Assembly (NCBI GenBank): GCA_041651095.1 | Contig: JBAZJV010000005.1 | Span: forward strand, 1,160 to 65,159 | Source: Patescibacteria group bacterium | GTDB lineage: Bacteria > Patescibacteriota > Patescibacteriia > Patescibacteriales > UBA12465 | Length of the DNA stretch: 64,000 bases | Direction: 5' to 3' | Part shown: positions 36,923-46,826 of the stretch, in pieces | Layout of the letters: each line of letters starts with the position of its first letter | How positions within the stretch are numbered: the first letter of the stretch is position 1 | Position numbers and translations under genes: made by a program | Notes under the pieces: model-generated | The model's input: the letters and a program-made list of their open reading frames with translations, nothing else | Databases searched by the model: none | What the model was told of the DNA's origin: nothing

Positions 36923-38866
36923 CTAATTCCTGGTCTTCGGCACTTGGTAATATTTCAGCATGAAATCGGCGATCTCGGTCCACAGCGGCAAGGCCGACCC
37001 TTCCGCATACTGGACGTCTTTGGGATCGTTGATCTTGGCCAGCATGACGAAAGCCGGATGGTCGATAGGGGCGATGCCGACAAAAGTATGGATATATTTG
37101 TCCTGGCTATAGCCGCCCTGGGCGGCCACCTGGGCCGTGCCGGTCTTACCGCCGACATAATAGCCGTTGATATAAGCGCGCTTGGCATGCCCGAGCTCGA
37201 CGACGTTGACCAGCATGGCGGCAACGGTCGCCGCGGTCTTCTCGCTGATGACCCGGCCGACTTGCTTCGGCAGGATCTCTTCCCGCCGGCCGTTCTTGAT
37301 CATCGCTTTGACGATATAAGGCTTCATCAGGATGCCGCGGTTGGCGATCGCCTGATAGGGCATGAGCATCTGGAGCGGCGTGGCGGCGAGACCTTGCCCG
37401 AAGGAGGCGGTGGCGGCGTCAATCTCCTTGACTTTATTGCCCAAAAGGTTGCTGATGCTGCCGCTCGATTCCGCGCCCAGCTCGATGCCGGTCTTTTCGC
37501 CGAAACCGTAATTCTTCACGTAATCCGCAAAAACTTTCGGTCCGACTTGGCGCATGGCGAAGATCGCGCCGGTATTGAGGGAATACCCCAGGACCGTATT
37601 CATATCGACTACGCCATGCGGGCCGTGCGTGGCATAGTCCGAGTTGCGAATGGGCTTGTTCCAGCCGCTGATCATGATTTCGCCGGGGTCGTTATAGGTG
37701 GTCGCCGGCGTCACTTTACCCTGATCCAGGGCGATGGACATGGTTACGGTCTTGAAAACCGAACCCGGTTCGTATTGGTCCAGTACGGCCGGATTCTTGA
37801 AGACGCTGATATCCTTGACGGCCTGAAAATCATTGGGGTTGAAATCCGGCACCGAGCACATGGCGATGATCGCGCCGGTCTGCGGATTCATGACGATGAC
37901 CGAACCGCCGGTCGCTCCGTGCTTCTTGACCGCTTCTTTTAGTTTGGCGCAGGCGGTGAATTCAACATTGCGGTCAACGGTCAGGACCAAGTCGGTGCCG
38001 GGCACCGGTTTGACGTATTCGCGGTCGTTGACGATAATCAGGTCGGACTTCGCCCCTTTTTCCGATTTGACCGAACCGTACTGTCCGAACAGTTCGTCAT
38101 TAAAAAATTCTTCCAGGCCGTATTTGCCCTGGCCGACGCCGTCCGCATAACTGACAAAGCCCAGGAGTTGCGAACCGATTTCGTTTTCCGGATAATAGCG
38201 AAGGTTTTCAAGATTGAAATCCAGGCCGGGAATCTTCAGGGCCGGCGTTCCCGTCATGTTCTTATAGACTACCTGGTAATTGCTCAGAGCCAGATCCGCG
38301 GCGCTGACCGGCGTCGAGCTGGTGTTGGCCAGATAGGCATAAAAATTCAGGAGGCCGTCAATATCCAGCTTCTTGCTATCTAAGGGTTCATAAAGGTCGC
38401 CGGGCCGGTCCAGACGTTTCAAATAGCCGGCCACGAGCGCCTCCTTGGTGCCGGTCGCGATGACGGGCGGCGTCGTGCTGGCCGTCTTCTTTAATTCTTC
38501 TTCCAGGCGGGGACGGTCGAAATATTCATATAACCGCTCGGCCAGAGCGGCCGGATCGGCCACGTCCTTGGGAATGGCGTAGAGGACCGCGAAATCCTTA
38601 TTGGTGGCGATCGGATAGAGCTTTTCCTGATTATTGATATTCTCCGTAAAGTAAATCTTGCCGCGCTCAGGCTTCAGCCGGCTGGAAACCTGCTGCTGGC
38701 CGGCGGCCATGGCGGTGTAGAGATCACACTCCTTGATCTGCAGATTGAACAATTTATAGACGATCGCGCCGGCAAATAAAAAAATAATCGCTACGACCAA
38801 ACGCCAGCGACTAAGGCTAACTCGGTTTTTTTCCGGCCGGGAGCCAGTTTGCGCATTACGCCACAT
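36923..38866 (-). CDS. penicillin-binding protein 2/3-type transpeptidase (FtsI-like)
   Basis: 647 aa. N-terminal TM, SVFK (SxxK), KTGTA. Position after the ftsL-like gene. Confidence 0.88.
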   Translation of the reverse strand: MWRNAQTGSRPEKNRVSLSRWRLVVAIIFLFAGAIVYKLFNLQIKECDLYTAMAAGQQQVSSRLKPERGKIYFTENINNQEKLYPIATNKDFAVLYAIPKDVADPAALAERLYEYFDRPRLEEELKKTASTTPPVIATGTKEALVAGYLKRLDRPGDLYEPLDSKKLDIDGLLNFYAYLANTSSTPVSAADLALSNYQVVYKNMTGTPALKIPGLDFNLENLRYYPENEIGSQLLGFVSYADGVGQGKYGLEEFFNDELFGQYGSVKSEKGAKSDLIIVNDREYVKPVPGTDLVLTVDRNVEFTACAKLKEAVKKHGATGGSVIVMNPQTGAIIAMCSVPDFNPNDFQAVKDISVFKNPAVLDQYEPGSVFKTVTMSIALDQGKVTPATTYNDPGEIMISGWNKPIRNSDYATHGPHGVVDMNTVLGYSLNTGAIFAMRQVGPKVFADYVKNYGFGEKTGIELGAESSGSISNLLGNKVKEIDAATASFGQGLAATPLQMLMPYQAIANRGILMKPYIVKAMIKNGRREEILPKQVGRVISEKTAATVAAMLVNVVELGHAKRAYINGYYVGGKTGTAQVAAQGGYSQDKYIHTFVGIAPIDHPAFVMLAKINDPKDVQYAEGSALPLWTEIADFMLKYYQVPKTRN

Positions 38867-38902
38867 AAGTAGTAATAACTTGGAACAACCGCTGTAGATT
38901 TA

Positions 38903-39244
38903 TTACCGGGCCATGGCGACCGGGGCGGCCATGGTCAGATATTCCACGTCTCCGACCGCCACCATGTTCAGATTCTTGGTCCGGGCGCTGAGCGAATAAT
39001 ACGATTGGGCCGTATTGACCGCTTCTTGATATTCCAGATTAGCGCTGGACAAAGCGGCCGCCTGGGTCTTTAAGTCCCGCAGGGTAAAGCCCAGGACCGT
39101 CAAATCGTTGATATTAAGCAAATAAAGGAAGCCGGCAATCGCGATCAGAGCTCCTAATCCTAGGTTGCAATATTTCAAATTAATGCGCTGGCTGCGAGCC
39201 GGCGAATTAAGCGCGACGGCCTGGCCATTGACGATCTTGGTCAT
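38903..39244 (-). CDS. small bitopic cell-division protein (FtsL-like by position)
   Basis: 113 aa, single TM (LGLGALIAIAGFLYLL) followed by a coiled-coil-like segment. Lies between rsmH and the PBP gene. Confidence 0.5.
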   Translation of the reverse strand: MTKIVNGQAVALNSPARSQRINLKYCNLGLGALIAIAGFLYLLNINDLTVLGFTLRDLKTQAAALSSANLEYQEAVNTAQSYYSLSARTKNLNMVAVGDVEYLTMAAPVAMAR

Positions 39245-39295
39245 ACGGACGGACCCCGGAGGGTATTTAGACTGACTATTTAAATTAAAAGTTAT

Positions 39296-40183
39296 CTAGA
39301 TTTTAGCCGCCGCGCGGAGCTTGGCGCTCCGGGCGCGAGGGTTAGCGGCAGTTTCTTGGTCGGTCGGAATGTCTGGACGCTTGGTCAGAATCTGCAAGCC
39401 GCTGGTTGATTTGAAGAACCGCTTGACGATCCGGTCTTCCCCGCTGTGGAAGGAAATGATCGTAAGCCGGCCTTGCGGCTTCAGCAGTTCGACGGCCTGG
39501 GGCAAGGCCGCGGCCAAGGCATCAAGTTCAGCATTGGTTTCCATCCGTAAAGCCTGGAAAATACGAGTAGCCGGATGCAGGCGCGTCCGAAAACGGAAAG
39601 GGACGACCGACTCAATAATTTTCACCAGTTCGGCCGTCGTCCGGATGGTTTGCTCGCGGCGCGCGTTCACTATGGCCTTGGCAATCTGGTAAGCCCAGCG
39701 CTCTTCGCCATATTCCCGGAAAATCCTGGTCAATTCCGGCAGCGGATACTGACTGACGATGGCGGCCGTAGACTGGCGATTCGCCGGACCGAAAGTCATC
39801 TCGAGCGGCCGCTCGCCCTGGAAGGAAAAGCCGCGACTGGTATCGGCCAGCTGGGCCGAAGACAGGCCAAGGTCGAAGACGATGCCGTCGAACCGGCTGT
39901 CCGCCAGACCCTGGCTGGCTACGATCTCTTTTAAATTTTTAAAATTATCCTGAACTAGAACGACATTTGATAAATTTTTCTCCTGCAGCTCGGCGCGGGC
40001 GTGTTCAATGGCCGCCGGATCCAGATCAATGCCGATGACTTGCCCGGTCTGGCCGACTTGTTCCGCCAAAGCCAAGGTATAACCGGCGCCGCCCAAAGTG
40101 CAATCAATGAATTTCTGTCCCGGCCGCGGCTGCAAATAGGATAGAACTTCGCGCCGCATGACCGGAATATGTTCGTACGGCAT
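39296..40183 (-). CDS. rsmH: 16S rRNA (cytosine1402-N4)-methyltransferase
   Basis: 295 aa. HIPVM, DCTLGGAGY, DLGLSS, SFHSGEDRIVK. Confidence 0.95.
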   Translation of the reverse strand: MPYEHIPVMRREVLSYLQPRPGQKFIDCTLGGAGYTLALAEQVGQTGQVIGIDLDPAAIEHARAELQEKNLSNVVLVQDNFKNLKEIVASQGLADSRFDGIVFDLGLSSAQLADTSRGFSFQGERPLEMTFGPANRQSTAAIVSQYPLPELTRIFREYGEERWAYQIAKAIVNARREQTIRTTAELVKIIESVVPFRFRTRLHPATRIFQALRMETNAELDALAAALPQAVELLKPQGRLTIISFHSGEDRIVKRFFKSTSGLQILTKRPDIPTDQETAANPRARSAKLRAAAKI

Positions 40184-40184
40184 A

Positions 40185-40616
40185 TCAGATGCCCAAGTCG
40201 CCCATCTCTTCCGCTATCGCATTGCTGTTCCTGTCGGCTTCCGCCTTATACTGAGCCCAGGCTTCCTCATTCCAAATTTCCAGATGATTGTACAAGCCGG
40301 CGACGATGACGCTCTTCCTCAGCCCGGAAAATTTCCGCAGGTACTCCGGCAGAGTCACTCGTCCCTGATTATCGAATTCCACATCCATGGCGCCGGCCAG
40401 CATATGCCGGGTAAAGGCCCGGGCTTTAGACTGACTGATAGGCAGGGCCGCCAGGTTCTTGGCGATCTTTTCGAACTGTTCTTTGGAATACAAAAATAAG
40501 CAGTTGTCCAAACCTTTGGTCACGACTGCTCCTTTATTCAGGATGGCGCGGAATTTGGCCGGTATGGCCAAACGACCCTTGTCATCCAGGTTGTGATTGT
40601 ATTCACCGATAAACAT
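40185..40616 (-). CDS. mraZ: transcriptional regulator MraZ
   Basis: MFIGEYNHNLDDKGRLAIPAKFR, and a second DxxGR repeat (FDNQGRVTLP). Start placed at ATG 40616; the track uses an upstream TTG at 40631. Confidence 0.92.
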   Translation of the reverse strand: MFIGEYNHNLDDKGRLAIPAKFRAILNKGAVVTKGLDNCLFLYSKEQFEKIAKNLAALPISQSKARAFTRHMLAGAMDVEFDNQGRVTLPEYLRKFSGLRKSVIVAGLYNHLEIWNEEAWAQYKAEADRNSNAIAEEMGDLGI

Positions 40617-40660
40617 AGGCGCTGGCGTCAATCGGGGTCTAAGGAGATGACAAGCAAAGT

Positions 40661-40726
40661 TTCACCTTAATTCCCCACATTTCACCTTACAAGTTTTATT
40701 ATACACCACATATCACCTAGGGTCAA
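40661..40726 (-). promoter_or_regulatory. Pmra promoter (TTGACC-17-TATAAT) with five phased GGTGAA-type direct repeats (candidate MraZ boxes)
   Basis: Minus strand: -35 at 40726-40721, -10 at 40703-40698. Plus-strand repeats TTCACC 40661, TTCCCC 40671 and TTCACC 40681 have exactly 10-bp phasing, downstream of the -10. CACC also occurs at 40704 and 40714, inside the spacer. Confidence 0.6.
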
Positions 40727-40852
40727 CTCTAATCTTTTAAGATAAATAAGCCAAAAAAACTACTAAAAAACCACTTATCAACAAGTGGCCTTTACAAATA
40801 GAAACGATTTGTCAAAAATGTCTAAAAGTTTTCAACAATTAATACACAGCGG

Positions 40853-41266
40853 CTATCCCCTGCCTTTTCTCCCTTTATCCATTGTTTTTTGCGTCTTGCC
40901 GATATTAGGTTCGCGGTCATAAATCGGTTCGACGATCGAATGGCGACCGAATTTTTTGATTTTTTTAGGAGCGCCGGTCTCCGGAACCACCGGAATATTC
41001 AAAGCATAAGCCAGGGCGTTAGCGGTAATTACTCCGATGCGCAAAGACGTGAAGCTGCCGCCGTAATTGGCTACCATTATCTGCCGCAAATCAGCCAGGG
41101 CCAAACGACGCGTTCGCAGCAGAGCGGCTATGGCCGGCACTAATTTCTCGGCCTGCTGTCGCGGCGCGCTGAATTCTCGCCGGGCAACCGTCTTCGCGCC
41201 GCTTCGCAAAGCGATGATTATTTTATCATGACTAGCGGTATTGATATATAAAGTCATATATTTCAT
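40853..41266 (-). CDS. tsaB: tRNA t6A biosynthesis protein TsaB (short form)
   Basis: 137 aa. LYINTAS...GGSFTSLRIGVITANALAYALNIPV pattern of YeaZ/TsaB N-terminal half. The start overlaps the upstream stop (TAATG). Confidence 0.65.
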   Translation of the reverse strand: MKYMTLYINTASHDKIIIALRSGAKTVARREFSAPRQQAEKLVPAIAALLRTRRLALADLRQIMVANYGGSFTSLRIGVITANALAYALNIPVVPETGAPKKIKKFGRHSIVEPIYDREPNIGKTQKTMDKGRKGRG

Positions 41267-41688
41267 TATACGATTAACGATAAATCACCATTAATAACCA
41301 CGGGGGCGACGGCCTCGATCTCATCTTTATAGCTGATCTCTGGAATAGGGTTTAATAAAAAAATCTTCTTATTATGCACATGAGCAAAACCTAATTCCAT
41401 TAAAGTATTGCCTCCGATATAATTGGCAATACCCTTGCGATCAAAATTAAGAACTAAAACTGCATCGCTGGATACGATTTCGTGATAATGGTAACGGATA
41501 TAATCATTTTCCATCTTTAGTTTAGCGTGTTCCTTATGGATCCTGGCTGTTAAATCAGGCCTAACTCCTTGCGCGAGCTCTATATAATGCTCATGTAGGT
41601 TAACCTCATGGCCTAAATTAATCAGTTTTTGCTGATACTCAGTCATTTCTTTAGCAAATGACGAACTGCCAATAATGGTTATCTTCAT
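41266..41688 (-). CDS. nucleoside 2-deoxyribosyltransferase-like protein
   Basis: 140 aa. MKITIIGSSSF..., GGNTLMELGFAH (GxxxExG-type block). AT-richer than the flanking genes. Confidence 0.5.
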   Translation of the reverse strand: MKITIIGSSSFAKEMTEYQQKLINLGHEVNLHEHYIELAQGVRPDLTARIHKEHAKLKMENDYIRYHYHEIVSSDAVLVLNFDRKGIANYIGGNTLMELGFAHVHNKKIFLLNPIPEISYKDEIEAVAPVVINGDLSLIV

Positions 41689-41691
41689 AAT

Positions 41692-42237
41692 TTACTTATT
41701 ACTTAGAAATTTTAACCAATCAGTCCGATTAATATAATCCAATACCGCCGGAATGAAACGCGCTTTTTCTTCATCCGTCAGTTTGGCTAAACGGTCCAGC
41801 GGATAAACCACAAAACCCTGCGCCTTCCCGGCTTCCGGCCGCAGATCGGACAAGGCGCCGGAATAAATATAGAGGTAGCAGGTATTAAAAACTCGGTTCA
41901 GCTTGCCGGTCGCCGGGTCGGGCGTATCTTCCCTGGCCTTTCCGATCAAGGTCAAATCGGCAATAGCCAAGTTGACGCCGGTTTCTTCCGCAGTCTCTTT
42001 GAGCGCCGCCGCTTCATAGCTTTCGCCGATTTCGACATGGCCGCCAACCGCCACATCCAGCAGATCGGGAAACGTATCCTTATCCTTAGCCCGATGCTGG
42101 AAGATCATGCCTCCGCCGGGCGTGAGAAAATATACATGGATCTCGCGATGCAGCAATCCGTGGCGATGGATATCTTCCCTGGTTTCCTGCCCGATGACCC
42201 GATCCTGTTCATCGACGATGTTTAAAATATCGGCCAT
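41692..42237 (-). CDS. NUDIX hydrolase
   Basis: 181 aa. Nudix box GGHVEIGESYEAAALKETAEETGV. Confidence 0.85.
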   Translation of the reverse strand: MADILNIVDEQDRVIGQETREDIHRHGLLHREIHVYFLTPGGGMIFQHRAKDKDTFPDLLDVAVGGHVEIGESYEAAALKETAEETGVNLAIADLTLIGKAREDTPDPATGKLNRVFNTCYLYIYSGALSDLRPEAGKAQGFVVYPLDRLAKLTDEEKARFIPAVLDYINRTDWLKFLSNK

Positions 42238-42252
42238 ATATTATCAGTTAGA

Positions 42253-43209
42253 TTAATAGTCCAAAAATGATTGAAAAATTTTTTTAATTTCCGCCAGGCT
42301 TTTGACCTGCACTAGCTGGGCCCGCAACTTAGCCGCGCCGGGCAGACCCTGCATATACCAGACCAGATGCTTCCTAAATTCGATAATGCCGCTCTCGCCT
42401 TTCTGCCGCTCTTCCATGGCCGCCTGCCGGAGAGCGATCTGAAAAATCTGCCGCGGCCGCAGATCGATTGCCCGGTCAGATTTGATCTCTTTGAACAGCC
42501 AGGGCCGTCCTAATACGCCGCGCGCCAAGCCCAACCCGTCCGCGCCGGTTGCCTGAAGGGCGTACCTCGCGTCCGCCAGACTGTTAATACCGCCATTAAC
42601 CAAGAAGATGCCGGAAAATCGCCGGCCGGCTTCTTTGGCTAAAGTCCAATCCGGTTTTCCGGCAAAGCCCTGGCTCAGGCTCCGGCCGTGGATCATCAAG
42701 GCGGCGATCGGCAAATCGGCGATATTTTTTACGAAATCAACAGCTTCGACGGCGCCGGCCTTGGTTCTGATCTTTACGGAAACCGGCAACTGGGTATTGG
42801 ACAGGACCGCCTCAATAGCGGCTCGCGACCGCTTCAGGTCTTTCATCAGTCCCGCGCCGGCTCCCTGCCGGACAATTTTCGGTACCGGACAGCCGAAATT
42901 GATATCCAGGCCGTCCGGCTTTATTCGACTGGTGATGATGCGGGCGGCGGCGGCAAAATGCGCCGGTTCGGCGCCGAACAGCTGGACCACATAGTATCTT
43001 TCCTTGGTTCGGTTGAATTTCAACAGTTCCAAGGTAGCATTAGCTTCCGCTCTCCTCGCCGCCCGCCCGGTTCGCGTCGGTTTCGCCGAAGCGACGCGAT
43101 CCAAACCGCTATAGAACAAAGCAGTCGCCGAAGCCATCTCGCTATATAAAACATCCGCCCCGTAACTTTTGCAGACCTGGCGGAAAGCGGCATCCGTGAA
43201 GCCGGCCAT
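42253..43209 (-). CDS. dus: tRNA dihydrouridine synthase (true start probably upstream, non-AUG)
   Basis: MAGFTDAAFR..., GCPVPKIV, IHGRS. The conserved LAPMAGxTD strand begins before the first ATG, and the frame is open for 25 more codons (to 43284) without ATG, GTG or TTG. Confidence 0.85.
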   Translation of the reverse strand: MAGFTDAAFRQVCKSYGADVLYSEMASATALFYSGLDRVASAKPTRTGRAARRAEANATLELLKFNRTKERYYVVQLFGAEPAHFAAAARIITSRIKPDGLDINFGCPVPKIVRQGAGAGLMKDLKRSRAAIEAVLSNTQLPVSVKIRTKAGAVEAVDFVKNIADLPIAALMIHGRSLSQGFAGKPDWTLAKEAGRRFSGIFLVNGGINSLADARYALQATGADGLGLARGVLGRPWLFKEIKSDRAIDLRPRQIFQIALRQAAMEERQKGESGIIEFRKHLVWYMQGLPGAAKLRAQLVQVKSLAEIKKIFQSFLDY

Positions 43210-43268
43210 GGGCGCGAGCGCCAGGATCGGCCGCTTTCCCGTTCTTAATTTATCCCAAAAATTCTTCT

Positions 43269-44312
43269 TTATATATTTTTTGATTTAAATATAAATTCAT
43301 GGCTCACCTTCTCGTACGCTACGGCCGATAAAACCGGTAGGACCACTCCTAAACCGAGATAGACCCACCACAGCTGCGGCTGAGCCAGAAAAATCAAGCG
43401 CCGAGATAAGACCGAAATTGGAACCGATCCGAAAACCAAGAGGGCCAGGTTGATCAGCCAGAACACCAGCAGATGCAGGGACATGATGCTGAAAGTATGC
43501 CGTCCGATTTGGTAGACGAAATTATCCGGCCGCAAAAATCTGGCCAGATAATCACTACTGATATAAATCAGGAGGATGGCCGAGAAAGTTCCTAAAAACG
43601 TAATTGCCGGGCCGCCGTTGAACTGGAGAAAAACTAAGGAATAGCTGAAATCGCCTTGGAGCAGCTCCAAAACCAGATAGCAGGAATAGACGGCTAGCAG
43701 CCAAAAGGGGCTGACCAGAAAAGACCTGGCGGCCTCTTCGTAAATTTTAAAGACCGCTCCCCAGAGATAAACGCTCAGGGCGAAAGCGCTTCGGAAAAAC
43801 ACCAATGTCGGACCGGACGGTTCTCCGGGCAAATAAAAAAATAAAAAAGCGATAACCGAGCTGACAGCCAGCAGGATGAATAAAGCCGGGCGGCGATTTC
43901 TCGGAATCAACCATTGCGCCAAAATATGGACCAAAAAAAGCTGCGGCACGAACCAAGCCGCTAAGAACAAAGGATATTGGTGCCCGTCCAAGAACGGCCG
44001 GATAAAAAATCCGAACCAACTGGCATCTCCTTTCGGATTAAGGCCATAATTGGCTAAGATCATGGTCAACAGGCAGAAGAAGAGATTGAAGATAAAATAA
44101 GGAATAAGCAAATGTCTGAACTTTTTCGCCGTCCATAAGCCTTTCGCTCTGATGCTGTCCTGAGCGACAAAGAAGTAACCGGAGATAAAAAAGAACAACG
44201 CGACTTGAAAGGTGTAAGCCCAGGGACGCAACACCGGCGGCTGATAGCTGTGACCCATGACGACGAAAATGATCCCCAGGGCAAGCATGATGTCCATGGT
44301 CTTATTCCTCAT
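43269..44312 (-). CDS. acyltransferase-3-family membrane protein
   Basis: 347 aa. About 10 TM helices and N-terminal LALGIIFVVMGHS typical of acyltransferase_3/OafA-like proteins. Confidence 0.7.
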   Translation of the reverse strand: MRNKTMDIMLALGIIFVVMGHSYQPPVLRPWAYTFQVALFFFISGYFFVAQDSIRAKGLWTAKKFRHLLIPYFIFNLFFCLLTMILANYGLNPKGDASWFGFFIRPFLDGHQYPLFLAAWFVPQLFLVHILAQWLIPRNRRPALFILLAVSSVIAFLFFYLPGEPSGPTLVFFRSAFALSVYLWGAVFKIYEEAARSFLVSPFWLLAVYSCYLVLELLQGDFSYSLVFLQFNGGPAITFLGTFSAILLIYISSDYLARFLRPDNFVYQIGRHTFSIMSLHLLVFWLINLALLVFGSVPISVLSRRLIFLAQPQLWWVYLGLGVVLPVLSAVAYEKVSHEFIFKSKNI

Positions 44313-44319
44313 AAACCAG

Positions 44320-45729
44320 CTAGGCTTTGCTGATCCGAACCCCCTCCGGCCCGTCCTCTACGGCGTAGCCGGCTCGTTCTATTTCCTGGCGCAAGCGGTC
44401 GGCCTCCGTCCAATTGCGCTCCGCCCGAGCCGCCTGGCGCTCATCGATCAATTTTTGGATCTCAGCACTGACCGCGACGGGCGCGGGTTCTAATTTCAAC
44501 CCTAAAACCCGGTCAAAATCCAGGATGGTCGCTAATTTGTCCGGATTGCTCAGATCAGATTTTAACATTTCGTGGGCGACGGCTAAGGCTTGCGGCATAT
44601 TCAGATCGTCATTAACGGCCAGCAAAAACAAATGCCGGTAATGCTCGTCGATCCGACCCTGGGGCCATTTCCATTTTTTCTGATCTTGATCATATTCGCC
44701 GAGACTGCTCACTTGGTTATACAGTCCGGCCAAACCGTTTCGCGCCGAACTAATCGCGTCTTCGCTGTATTCCATCGGCTTGCGGTAATGGGTCTGCAAC
44801 GCGGCGTAACGATAAGCCAAAGGGTTGACGCCCGGCTTAATAAAAGCGTTTTCCAGAGTCAGAAAATTATTGCCGCTCTTGGCCATCTTCTTGCCGCCGG
44901 CGATATTCAAGAAAGCGCCGTGCAGCCAGTAGTTGAAAAACTTCTGCTCGGTCGCGGCCTCGCTTTGCGCGATTTCGTTGGTATGGTGGACATTGATATG
45001 ATCCACGCCGCCGCAATGAATGTCCAGCTGATCACCCAGGAATTTCAGGCTCATGGCCGAACACTCGATGTGCCAGCCCGGAAAGCCGACACCCCAGGGC
45101 GAAGCCCACTCCATCTGGCGTTTGGCGCCGGCTGGCGAGAATTTCCATAAGGCGAAATCGGTCGGATTCCGTTTCTCTGGATTCTTTTCCACCCGCGCTC
45201 CTTCCTTCAATTCAGCCAGCGGCAAATGGCTCAGTTTGTTGTAATCCCTGATCTTGGACGTATCAAAATAAATGCCGTCGGAGGTGCGATAAGTATAGCC
45301 CTTTTTTTCTAGGGCCTTAACCAGGGCAATCTGCTCGGGAATATTGTCCGTCGCCCGGCACCAGATCTGCGGCGCCTCGATATTCAAAACCGCCAGATCA
45401 CGCTTAAAAGATTCGGTATAGAAAGCGGCGATATCCCAGGCGCTTTTCCCTTCCCGCGCCGCGCCTGCCTCCATCTTATCCTCGCCCATGTCCATATCGC
45501 CGGTCAGGTGGCCGACATCGGTGATATTCATGACCTGCTTCACCCGATAACCGTTATACTCTAAAGTCCGTTTCAAAAAATCCTCAAACAGATAGGTCCG
45601 CAGGTTGCCGATATGAGCGAAGTTATAAACGGTCGGACCGCAAGTATAGAGGCCGACTTCCCCCGCTTTGGCCGGCCGGAACTCTTCTTTTTTCCGCGAG
45701 AGGGTATTGTATAAAAAAATAGGGGTCAT
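44320..45729 (-). CDS. cysS: cysteine--tRNA ligase
   Basis: 469 aa. CGPTVY, HIGN (HIGH), KMAKSGNN (KMSKS). Confidence 0.96.
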   Translation of the reverse strand: MTPIFLYNTLSRKKEEFRPAKAGEVGLYTCGPTVYNFAHIGNLRTYLFEDFLKRTLEYNGYRVKQVMNITDVGHLTGDMDMGEDKMEAGAAREGKSAWDIAAFYTESFKRDLAVLNIEAPQIWCRATDNIPEQIALVKALEKKGYTYRTSDGIYFDTSKIRDYNKLSHLPLAELKEGARVEKNPEKRNPTDFALWKFSPAGAKRQMEWASPWGVGFPGWHIECSAMSLKFLGDQLDIHCGGVDHINVHHTNEIAQSEAATEQKFFNYWLHGAFLNIAGGKKMAKSGNNFLTLENAFIKPGVNPLAYRYAALQTHYRKPMEYSEDAISSARNGLAGLYNQVSSLGEYDQDQKKWKWPQGRIDEHYRHLFLLAVNDDLNMPQALAVAHEMLKSDLSNPDKLATILDFDRVLGLKLEPAPVAVSAEIQKLIDERQAARAERNWTEADRLRQEIERAGYAVEDGPEGVRISKA

Positions 45730-45760
45730 AATTAAGGTTTTTATATGGTTAAGTTTAGCC

Positions 45761-46609
45761 TTAAGCTACCTGCTTCCGGGCCGGCGTCGCGGTCTTCGCC
45801 AACATCTTATCCAGTGACGGTTGAAATTTCAAGAGGTTCGCCTGCAGGCGGCCATCAAGACGCCGGTCTTGAGAAAAATTATGGGCTTGTTCGGCTAAGG
45901 AAGAAATCAATTGGTCAAAGACGGCTTGTTCTGCCGGACCCGGTCCGGCCGTCCCCGCGCTCAAGCCAGCCAATAAGCTATTCAATGCTTTATTATCCAG
46001 AGAAAAATAGAAAATCGGCAGGTTGGACAAACTGGCGCGGATTAATTTGCCGTTCTGGATAGTCGCCCCGTATTTGATCTGGGCGCCGCCGGCGGCCATC
46101 TTGCGCCCGATTTTCTTGTCTTTAAGCTTATCGCTTTGGGCGCCCAGGTTATCAATGACGTCGTCAATGCCGCAGACTACGGCGCCCGTTTCCTTATCAA
46201 TGATCAACTGATCGGCTCCATTTTCATAATCGTCATAGTTAGAAGCGCGGACGACGACGAACTGGTCTCCCAAGATCTTATCAAACAAGAGATCCAGGGC
46301 GATCTCCGTGATGTTGGCCGGATTCTTTTCGCGGGCGGCCAGCCAAGCGCCCAGAGTCTTTTCCTCCGCCTGCGCCCATTCTGCTTCCCGCATATAGACG
46401 GCTTGGCGGTCGGTATCGGTCTCCGGGCCGCTGATCTTGATCTGGCCTAAAACATTGACGAATTCGCCATATTCACCGTTCAAGCGCCCGGCCTGCTTGG
46501 ACAAAGCCTGCTTTAAAACCGGCAAATAAGTTTCCGGCCTCGGCAATTTCTCCTCGACCGGAATCTTGTCGCCGACTTCTAACCCCGGTAAATACTCAAT
46601 GTGGCTCAT
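45761..46609 (-). CDS. hypothetical protein
   Basis: 282 aa, backbone-like composition. No motif recognised. Confidence 0.55.
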   Translation of the reverse strand: MSHIEYLPGLEVGDKIPVEEKLPRPETYLPVLKQALSKQAGRLNGEYGEFVNVLGQIKISGPETDTDRQAVYMREAEWAQAEEKTLGAWLAAREKNPANITEIALDLLFDKILGDQFVVVRASNYDDYENGADQLIIDKETGAVVCGIDDVIDNLGAQSDKLKDKKIGRKMAAGGAQIKYGATIQNGKLIRASLSNLPIFYFSLDNKALNSLLAGLSAGTAGPGPAEQAVFDQLISSLAEQAHNFSQDRRLDGRLQANLLKFQPSLDKMLAKTATPARKQVA

Positions 46610-46625
46610 ATGCTCAATTTAAAAA

Positions 46626-46823
46626 TTAGCGAGAAGACGGGGATGCTTCGGCCAAAGCGACCAGATTCTCCTTATGGCGCGGCTGTTTCAACTTAGCGTT
46701 CAAGTGCACCCGCTCTTTGGTCGTCCCGGCCGACTTAGCCTGCCAAGCCGAACCTTTAAGACCGCGGATGACCGCTTTATCTATATCCCTCTTCGCCAGT
46801 TTGATAATCTGCCGCTTAGGCAT
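46626..46823 (-). CDS. hypothetical small basic protein
   Basis: 65 aa, Lys/Arg-rich, tightly packed between neighbouring genes (3-nt gap to the nitroreductase gene). Confidence 0.45.
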   Translation of the reverse strand: MPKRQIIKLAKRDIDKAVIRGLKGSAWQAKSAGTTKERVHLNAKLKQPRHKENLVALAEASPSSR

Positions 46824-46826
46824 AGC

